A DNA stretch of 44,202 nucleotides. Origin: a virus. Its lineage: Duplodnaviria; Caudoviricetes. A model generated the notes under the pieces. That model was given only the letters and a program-made list of their open reading frames with translations, made no database searches and was not told where the DNA came from. The position numbers and the translations under genes are program-made. Of this stretch, positions 1-8,100 are shown in pieces. Numbering within the stretch: the stretch's first letter is position 1; each line of letters opens with the position of its first letter. The stretch covers positions 1 through 44,202 of the IMG/VR virus record IMGVR_UViG_3300026196_000014; one strand, written 5' to 3'.

Positions 1-4
1 CTTT

Positions 5-130
5 CCGAGTCTGAGGCAGCCCAAGCACTGGACAAGCTCAGTGAGTACATGGGGAAGACGCTCGACCGCATCGACGACCTCCCGGACCTCCAGGGCATGG
101 ACCGCCTGGATGCGCTGGCAGACATCGGAA
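5..130. repeat. Terminal direct repeat, left copy (126 bp); probable circular-assembly overlap
   Basis: 5..130 (CCGAGTCTGAGG...GACATCGGAA) is identical to 44077..44202; bases 1-4 (CTTT) do not match; the repeat lies inside a continuous ORF. Confidence 0.95.
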
Positions 131-2469
131 AGGATCTTGAGACTTCCTCATGGCTCTACAACAAGTTCATCGGCAATCTGCCTCACGTGAATGTCACCGA
201 GGACTTCTACAAGGTGAACGCGGCCCTCGCTGAGAAGTACCCGAACCATGACTTCTGGATCATGGCAGACGGCCACCTCTACAAGACCTTGGGTGACGCC
301 ACCTTCGATACGCCATGGAAGGTGCAGAGGGACTTTGGTGTAGTCCGGCTTCCGAAGGAGCCCAAGGTTCTGGATGTGGAGGACGCCAAGCAGTCAGTCG
401 AGGCATTGCAACGGCTGTTCTCCCGGAGTGGCCTCAAGGATGGCGAGGGCGGTGCCACGCTGGCCTTTGAGCTCTGGCAGGACCCCAGCAAGCTCGAGGT
501 CTACGCTGGCCTGGACGAGGCCGAGGCTCTGGTGCAACTCGGTACCAACCCGAACAAGGTGCAGCAGGTAGCAAAGGATCTCTTCGAGGCTCTGGACGGA
601 GCCGATGAAGATATGTTCTGGTCTCACGTTGCACGCGAGACTGGCCATGACGTGCTCAGCACGCCTGACGGTTATCGCCCTGTCTCCGATGAGATCCTGA
701 ACAGCCGGATGAGTGTAGACGATGTGTTCCCGAAGACGGCTGGTGAGGGAAGCAGCGGGCTGGCTGTGAAGCAGCACATGTTTACCAAGACACAGCTCGC
801 GAAGAAGAAGCTACGCGAGATGTACGATGCTGAGTTGGACAAGCTCAGCCCGCAGGCGCAGGCAGTCTTCCTAGAGAAGACATTCGCCGAGGCGAACAAC
901 CCTGAGCACCTCATCTCCCTGCTGTCCCAGCACGGCGACCGCATCGCTGCCATCGACCCTGCCCATGGGCGACGTGTGGTGGACGAGATGCTCAAGGGTC
1001 TCAAGGTGGACCCGGAGAACTCGTTGACCTACGCTGGCCAGCCCTACGTCTACCACAAGTGGGAACACGGGCCGCTCAAGGGGCGGGAGCAGTGGCTGCC
1101 GAAGGGCATTGCACAGGACCTGGAGAACTACAATGGCATCTGGCAGCAGAACCCCGAGGTCAAGCGGATCCTGGCAATCACGGACTTCATCAACAATACG
1201 TTCCGGCTGAGCGTGACCAAGTACTTCCCCAGCTTCAACAACCGCAACTGGGGCAGCAACCTTGTGCAGTCAGCAGCCGACATCAACCTGGCCATCCTGA
1301 ATCCAGAGACCAGAATCGAGGCGATGAAGATCCTGGGCGGGTTGGACGGCACGTTCAAGACGGCCTATGGAGAGACAGCTCTCTATGCCCAACTCCGATC
1401 TGAGCTGCGGGCACTTGGGATCAACGTTGACCACATGGCCCCGGCCGAGCTGGTTGGCAAGCGGAACCTCATCGACCTGCCCGCATGGTTTGCGCGGACC
1501 ACACGACTTGATCGACTCAAGCCGGTACGCATACTCATGAATGCCCCGCAGTACATCGAGAACGAGGCGCGTGCAGTCCACTACCTTACCCTGCGTCGAC
1601 GCGGTTACTCGCCCGTGGATGCAGCGATGCAGGTCAACAAGTTCCTCTTCGACTACACGGATCTCAGCCCTACTGCACGCAACGTCTTCCGCCGTATATT
1701 CCCATTCTGGACGTGGACCGCCAAGAATGTCGAGCTGCAGTGGGACATCCTCAAGCATCGGCCTGGGTTCATTGGTGCGCAGGGGCGCTTGCTCACTTCG
1801 GAGCGAGGCCCGCATGCCGATGTGCTACCTGACTACTTGCGAGGGCAGGCCACAGTCAAGCTGCGAGACGATGACAAGGGCACGACCTACATCAGCAACA
1901 TCGACTTGCCTATCCAGAACATCAACATCCTGTGGGCTGGAAGCCTGGGCGAGACGATGAAGGGCATGATCGGCATGGTCCACCCACTGCTCAAGATGCC
2001 CTTCGAGCTCGCATACGGGATGGATAGCTTCACCGGCCAGAGTATCCGAGGCCGCGCTTGGCTCGGGCGGACGGGCCCTGCCATGAATCGCAACCTACCA
2101 CCGCAGTTCAAGGAATGGCTCCAGCTGAAAGAGGTCACGAATGAACGCGGTGACAAGATGTACACGGCCAACGGCACACGTCTGTACCTGCTGTTCAAAG
2201 GCATGTTCCTCGGTCGCATGGTATCTGAGTCCGCACGACTCGATGACATGGTCCGAGATTTCGGAAGTGGCGATACTCGTAGCGGAGCACAGAATCTGCT
2301 CCGGCTCATCAGCGGGCTGCAGATGCGCGACTTCACTCTCAGTGAGGCCCAGCATGCTAGACTCCTCACTCGAGTGAGGCGGCTCGAGCGGTTGCTCCTC
2401 GAGTCTGGTGACGCAGCAGAGTTCAACAAGGTGTACATCCCCCAACAGAGAAAGGTTGGAAATGGTTGA
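49..2469 (+). CDS. C-terminal 806 aa of a ~1737-aa internal virion (ejection) protein that starts at 41328 and crosses the contig junction
   Basis: ATG at 49 corresponds to ATG 44121, in frame with GTG 41328; the segment ENEARAVHY...VNKFLFDYTDLS...RRIFPFWTW is typical of large podophage internal proteins; last of three ejection-type genes. Confidence 0.75.
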   Translation: MGKTLDRIDDLPDLQGMDRLDALADIGKDLETSSWLYNKFIGNLPHVNVTEDFYKVNAALAEKYPNHDFWIMADGHLYKTLGDATFDTPWKVQRDFGVVRLPKEPKVLDVEDAKQSVEALQRLFSRSGLKDGEGGATLAFELWQDPSKLEVYAGLDEAEALVQLGTNPNKVQQVAKDLFEALDGADEDMFWSHVARETGHDVLSTPDGYRPVSDEILNSRMSVDDVFPKTAGEGSSGLAVKQHMFTKTQLAKKKLREMYDAELDKLSPQAQAVFLEKTFAEANNPEHLISLLSQHGDRIAAIDPAHGRRVVDEMLKGLKVDPENSLTYAGQPYVYHKWEHGPLKGREQWLPKGIAQDLENYNGIWQQNPEVKRILAITDFINNTFRLSVTKYFPSFNNRNWGSNLVQSAADINLAILNPETRIEAMKILGGLDGTFKTAYGETALYAQLRSELRALGINVDHMAPAELVGKRNLIDLPAWFARTTRLDRLKPVRILMNAPQYIENEARAVHYLTLRRRGYSPVDAAMQVNKFLFDYTDLSPTARNVFRRIFPFWTWTAKNVELQWDILKHRPGFIGAQGRLLTSERGPHADVLPDYLRGQATVKLRDDDKGTTYISNIDLPIQNINILWAGSLGETMKGMIGMVHPLLKMPFELAYGMDSFTGQSIRGRAWLGRTGPAMNRNLPPQFKEWLQLKEVTNERGDKMYTANGTRLYLLFKGMFLGRMVSESARLDDMVRDFGSGDTRSGAQNLLRLISGLQMRDFTLSEAQHARLLTRVRRLERLLLESGDAAEFNKVYIPQQRKVGNG

Positions 2470-2827
2470 CATCAGTAGTGACGGCAACGGTGGGTATGAC
2501 ATCACAGCGAACGTCCAGAGAAAGCACGTTCGCCGCTACTGGTGGGTGCCCATGGTTTTGGCTGTGGCTGGAATCGGGGGCTCAGGCTATACTATCCGAG
2601 ACGTGGTCTTTGCCAGTCACGATAACTCCATTGCTGTGAGGTACTTGGCACGCCAAGACTCGCTCTTGGGGGAGAAGGACAAGCAGCTGGAAGCGGAGAT
2701 TGGGGTTCTCCACACTACCCTCGATGTCGTAACCCAAACCCAGGTGAAGACCGTAACAAGGCTCGACGGACTCACGGATGTGCTCCGGCACACCAACGAG
2801 CTCCTCGAGCAAGCACGCTACAAGTAG
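2462..2827 (+). CDS. Membrane protein with one TM segment and a C-terminal coiled coil (holin/spanin-like candidate), 121 aa
   Basis: ATG 2462 overlaps the upstream stop; hydrophobic stretch YWWVPMVLAVAGIGGSG followed by a heptad-rich helix. Confidence 0.55.
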   Translation: MVDISSDGNGGYDITANVQRKHVRRYWWVPMVLAVAGIGGSGYTIRDVVFASHDNSIAVRYLARQDSLLGEKDKQLEAEIGVLHTTLDVVTQTQVKTVTRLDGLTDVLRHTNELLEQARYK

Positions 2828-2836
2828 GAGGAAACG

Positions 2837-3172
2837 ATGAGTACCATCGGCAAGATCTTCGGAACTCTCAGGGACGTGATCGGATTCGGGGCGAGCATCT
2901 TCCCCCTGATCGCTCACGTTCTGAGCATGAAGGTTACCAGTGCCAATGCAGTGCTGGTGCGAAAGCTGGCTGACGCCATCGAGGAGTTCGGTCTGCTCTG
3001 GCAGAAGCTGGCTGCGGCTATCCGTGCTGCTGTTGACGAGGGCGGACCCGGCGGTGATGACATCACCCTCGGCGAAGGCAAGGACATCGGTGTGATCGTT
3101 GGAGACCTGGCCAAGTCCAGCAAGACTGTTGCCGGCGCGGCCGAAGACGTCATCAAGACCGCGAGTTTCTAG
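2837..3172 (+). CDS. Hypothetical amphipathic/membrane protein, 111 aa (holin candidate)
   Basis: AGGAGG RBS; hydrophobic VIGFGASIFPLIAHVL; helical composition. Confidence 0.6.
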   Translation: MSTIGKIFGTLRDVIGFGASIFPLIAHVLSMKVTSANAVLVRKLADAIEEFGLLWQKLAAAIRAAVDEGGPGGDDITLGEGKDIGVIVGDLAKSSKTVAGAAEDVIKTASF

Positions 3173-3182
3173 GAGGTATCCA

Positions 3183-3521
3183 ATGCGCAAGCTGCTGACT
3201 TCGTTGGTCCTGATTGGTGCCCTGACCACTCTGGTTGCAGCGAACTACTCATCCATCGGCCAGGCACCGGAAGGGCTGGTAGCAAGCTCGGACTCGTTCG
3301 GGCGGACATTCGATCGACCCCGGGGCCAGTTGATTCTGGCTCCGGTGTCGGCCGACATCAATGTCTTCCTCAACACCAACCCCTCGAGCAACGCACTCAA
3401 CGACACGATCGTTGTGTGGGCTGGTGACACCCTGAACTGGAAGAGCGAGCGAGGCATCAACAAGTTCCTCGTCACTAGGACCGCAGCCACGAAGGTGTGG
3501 AACGCCTGGGGCCCTCGGTAA
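3183..3521 (+). CDS. Signal-peptide small beta protein, 112 aa; possible head-spike base homologue
   Basis: AGGAGG RBS then MRKLLTSLVLIGALTTLVAA (Sec-type n/h/c regions); C-terminal pattern RGQLIL..INVFL..VWAGDTL..VTRTAATKV resembles the RcGTA Rcc01079 spike-base pattern by eye. Confidence 0.6.
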   Translation: MRKLLTSLVLIGALTTLVAANYSSIGQAPEGLVASSDSFGRTFDRPRGQLILAPVSADINVFLNTNPSSNALNDTIVVWAGDTLNWKSERGINKFLVTRTAATKVWNAWGPR

Positions 3522-3531
3522 GGAGCATGCA

Positions 3532-5190
3532 ATGAAATTCAAGTGGTTCCACCTGCTTGCAGTCCTGCTACTGGGCGGCATCATGGTGGCTCTGGCAGAA
3601 CCAGCAACAGGTGGACGCCACTTGGGTGGCTCTGGCCTTTTTCGGAACGTCACCGGGGTCAACGGGGAACTGTTGTACCGACGACGCGTCATCGAAGGAA
3701 ACAAGCAGGCGTTCCTGGGCCAGGACGACGCGAGCGGAGATCTGAATCTCGCTACCCTTACCCTCACCGAAGCAGAGAAAGCTGCGACCGCCGCGAATGG
3801 CCTGTGCCAGTTTCCTGACGACCGGGTGATGACCAACACAGGCCAGTATGCCATCTCAGACTTCATCGACCGCAACGCCAGCTTTGCCTACATCATGTAC
3901 ACCAACTACGGGCATGTCCCTGCAACCGACGCTGGGCTGGCCCGGCCGTGGGATGGCTACCGATACGACGTGATGGGTCCACACATCGCCTTCGATGTGA
4001 ATGGCGACTCGATGGTTGCGTGGGTGAAGGACGGCAGCCCCAGCGCCTACTGGGTGAACTACTGCTATCCAACCTCGGGCGACTCGATCTTCAACAAAGA
4101 CCTCATCGACTCGGTGGTGACCGAGTTCTCCTCAATGGTCCTCGCGCTCGACCACAAGCCCATCGGATTCATGTACGACTACTTCAACCCAAAGTCGAGC
4201 GGCTACTACCAATGGATAGCCTTCAACGACAGCCTCGATCTCGATCAAGACGGCCTGGGATACAAGAGTGATGCGGACGAGCAGGCCAGCTTCATGGCAG
4301 CCCAGCGGTACTACATCAACAAGATGCGTGCCACGCTTGGCGACACCTACTTCTTCATCGGCAATGGGCAGGGCTCGTGGCTTGCGCCTTCGGGCACGGT
4401 CGAGGAATCCCTCGACGGATTCAACATGGAATTCTTCCCCATCACGCCTTGGGCCAGCTACGATCCGGTGGACGTGTTCAAGTGGATGTGGGAGACGAGA
4501 CAAAACCCCAGTAATTATCGAGACTACCAGTACCGGACAAGCACCTATGGGATGCCGCTGTTCAAGGCGGACCTCAAGGACAGCGAGACGCTCTCGTCAG
4601 TGTCAGCCAGCGCATGCCGGGCCGCTGCACTGCTGTTCGATGGATGGTTCAGCTATCGGCCCGTGGATGCCTCCACCAATCTTGTGCCTGGCGACTTCAC
4701 CGATGCTACCTGGGACAGCATGAACGCCGAGTTGGGCCCAGCCATCGGTGCCGTCACGGCCGTAGGAACGCCAGGGAGTGGTGTACACAGCTACACCCGA
4801 GAGTTTGAGGGCGGGACCGTCAGTGTCAGTCTCGACTCCACTTTGAGCGGCATCTCCCAGATCACCTTTGCTGGGCTTATCACTCCGGTGGGTGATACCA
4901 CTGCGCCTACGCTTACCACCGTGCCTACACTTGGCACTGGCTATCTCCAGTTCTCGATCACAGGCGGTGTTGCTAACGAGCCCAGCGAATACCGCATCTA
5001 CTACTACGGTGAGGTGAACGACGATACAGGATGGTCCTCGACGTTCTCTACTACAATCGCCACTGACGTCTACATCGGTAACGGTGGCACCTATGATGTC
5101 TACATCAAGCTACGAGACGAGCACCTAAACACGACCGAATTCCCCTACTACCTCGGGCAGGTCTATGTGGCCTCACCCATCGGAGGATGA
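3532..5190 (+). CDS. Secreted putative glycoside hydrolase (GHL15/GH114-like TIM barrel) with C-terminal beta-sandwich, 552 aa
   Basis: Signal peptide MKFKWFHLLAVLLLGGIMVALA; motifs GFMYD, FFIGNG, DGFNMEFF, YTREFEGGTV; DLDQDG Ca-binding-like loop; C-terminal DTTAP..FN3/Ig-like domain. Confidence 0.65.
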   Translation: MKFKWFHLLAVLLLGGIMVALAEPATGGRHLGGSGLFRNVTGVNGELLYRRRVIEGNKQAFLGQDDASGDLNLATLTLTEAEKAATAANGLCQFPDDRVMTNTGQYAISDFIDRNASFAYIMYTNYGHVPATDAGLARPWDGYRYDVMGPHIAFDVNGDSMVAWVKDGSPSAYWVNYCYPTSGDSIFNKDLIDSVVTEFSSMVLALDHKPIGFMYDYFNPKSSGYYQWIAFNDSLDLDQDGLGYKSDADEQASFMAAQRYYINKMRATLGDTYFFIGNGQGSWLAPSGTVEESLDGFNMEFFPITPWASYDPVDVFKWMWETRQNPSNYRDYQYRTSTYGMPLFKADLKDSETLSSVSASACRAAALLFDGWFSYRPVDASTNLVPGDFTDATWDSMNAELGPAIGAVTAVGTPGSGVHSYTREFEGGTVSVSLDSTLSGISQITFAGLITPVGDTTAPTLTTVPTLGTGYLQFSITGGVANEPSEYRIYYYGEVNDDTGWSSTFSTTIATDVYIGNGGTYDVYIKLRDEHLNTTEFPYYLGQVYVASPIGG

Positions 5191-8100
5191 CGATGAAGCG
5201 CCTTTCGCTCCTGCTACTTCTACCCATGATTGCTGTGCTGTCGGGGTTCTTCGCCTCGCCCGGCCTGCTGCGCCCCACTGGACGCACACTTGGTGAGGAC
5301 GGGAGGTTCTCTGCTGCGCCCACTGCGTACACTGATCCAATCTCCCTGGCTACCTTCGCAGTCACGAGCCAGTCCGACTCGAACACCATCGTCGTTACGT
5401 TTACTGAGCCCATGCCTGGCGCCACACGTGAGGACGTTTCCAAGTGGGACGGCGGGAGCTTGTCGGTCAGCAACGTGACGGCGTTCTCCTCTACTGTTAC
5501 GATCATCGACTTTGCTAGTAACATTGGTGAGGACATGGGGTATTCAATTTCTACCTCGGACACCATGTTGTCACAGGCGGGTGAAATCGTTCCTGCCGGT
5601 ATCAGCGCATCCTATACGGGAGCGGATGTCTACAAGCCGAGGATCGCCGCGCTGGCTCAGGTCGATTCCAACACGGTACGCATGACGTTCAACGAAGACA
5701 TGAATGTCGGGCTCTATGCAATCACTGTGTTTTACAGCTTCGATCACGGCATTGGCTATCCGTCGAGTATCGACCCAGTTGATGCGCACACCATCGACCT
5801 CAACATCTCTTCCACGTGGGGCGACTCGCTGCTCTACACCTGTACCGTCAGCAACGTGCAGGATGCCAACGGCAACGCCATCCTGGGAGGAACGCAGGCG
5901 ACGTTCACGAGCGACCCGATTATCTACGAGGGCACGATCTCCAGCGCGACGTTTGACATCGCTCAGATCGACAGCAACACCGTGATCGCCACATTCACCG
6001 AGCCCGTCTACATCCCGAGTGCAGCGGACACGGGCAAGTGGAGTATCCCCGGGCTCACCCTCGCGGATGCATCGGAGTTCAACTCCACCACGATCATCCT
6101 CGATTCCTCTAACAACATCACCCAGGGCGGCAACTACACCGCCAGTCTCGCCGACTCCATTCTCACCCAGGCTGATGAGGTCATCGAGGCTGGTCTCAGT
6201 GACGACTTCACCGGGGCCGACGTGTATCCGCCCAGTCCTCTGTCGCTTACCCAGGTCGATTCCAACACGGTTCGTCTGGTCTTCAACGAGCCCATGAACA
6301 CGAGCCTCTACAACATCAACTACTTCTACTCATTCGCCCCTGGCGATGGTCTCACACTCGACACCATCGACGCGGTGAACTCGACCACCGTGGACATCAA
6401 CATCAACGAGACCTTCGGTAGCGAGATCCTCTACACTTTGCGGATCTCCTATCTCAGTGACGTTGCTGGGAATGCAATGGGCACGAACATCCCCGCCACC
6501 TTCACGAGCGATGAGGTCGTGACTGGAGGCAGCCCTGGCCCGCTGCCGTCTGGCGAGCTGGCGACCTCCAGCCCCATCATCGCGGCCTTCACCTACGATG
6601 GGACGGCCTTGGGCGTTGCGAACCGTGACAGCCTCGCGGGCTTCCTGTCATGGAGCGTAGCGATGGAGGCCAGCGCCAACGACTCTCTCGTGGACGCGAA
6701 CGATGTCTACCAAGGAACACTCATCTACACGTCCATGACCGACGATGGGGGTGTGCCGTCGTTCTACGCCGACAACCTAGGCAACTACGCGACCGTGGAC
6801 TCAGTGGGTGACTTCTACATGCACTGGTCCGAGGATACCTGGCACTGCACGGCAAAAGACTCCAGCCCTCCCTATGCTTGCACCGACTCGGTGGAGTCGT
6901 TGGCCGGTGAGCGGGTGTGGAACTACGTGAAGGCGCGTTTCGTGCCCGCCACCTATAGCCAAGACCAAGTAGACGCCCGTGTCGATTACATCTTCACGCA
7001 GATGAACTCGACGCACGGAACGCACGGCTACTATGGGGCGTGGCTCGACAACTCCAGTTTCACGGGATGGAATATCACCGGCATCCTGAGTGGCGGTGGC
7101 GTCGAGGAGGCCCCAGGCAACGCGACGTTTGGAAGTACAGCCTTCAACGATTGGTACTTCTTCGGGACGGGCGCGACGACTGGGGGACTCTTGGAGGAGT
7201 ACCAAAATCTCTACGCCGCACGCGACTCGCGAGCCCCCGGCAAGATCATCGTCGGCAATGGAGGCAAATACTATCCGGGTCCGGCCTACGGATTCTGGAA
7301 AGCCTACATCACCAACGGACCCATTGCCGACTACATGACGTGGGAGTTCTATCCGAAGCCAACGATCCCCGCGACCACGACCGGCTACATTCCGTTGATC
7401 TACAACCTGTGCCGTGGCCTTACGGACGTTGGAACGATTCCTCACTTCACGCCGCAGCCCAGCGGTAGTGAAGCCATCGCCTCGGTGGACGAACTCTACA
7501 AGTCGTGGTGTGCGATGTTGTGCTACCAGTCCACACCGGACTCGATGGCCTTCATGCCCGACAAGTGGACCAACGCACCGCCGCTCGTGGGTTGGGCGAC
7601 GTGGATGGGTCAGGAGGACCAGCCCTTCCAGCACGTCGATCTCGGCAATCCGGTGGAGAGCGCACCGCAGCTCGAAGACGATGACACCGATCCGCAGGGC
7701 CAAGCCTGCCGCATCTACAGCCGTGACTACGACAACGGCACGGTCGTCTACCGCAACAAGAACGGCAGCGATGTGAGCGCGGCCACGGAGGTCACCCTCG
7801 CGCTAGGCGGTACCTACTATCTCGTGGGCACTGATGGCACCTACGACACGGGCAGCCCGATCACGTCCATCGACCTGGCAAACTACTCGGCTGCGATCCT
7901 CATGTCGGCTGGACCGCAGGGCACCTACACCACACTCCAGGCTCCGACGCTCACCGGCACCACGACCGATATGCCGATCTACATTCCCGACAGCCTCGGC
8001 GATGGGCCCTTCCGCGTGGTGAAGGACACCGATCCGACGACGGACCTGCCCGTTGATGGCCATTGGGCCTTGGCTGACTCGCTCTACACGGGCATCAAGT

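Noticed and set aside
5-130. Terminal repeat as a biological T7-like direct terminal repeat
   Set aside because: It falls in the middle of a structural ORF and its length is close to a common assembler k-mer, so an assembly overlap is more likely
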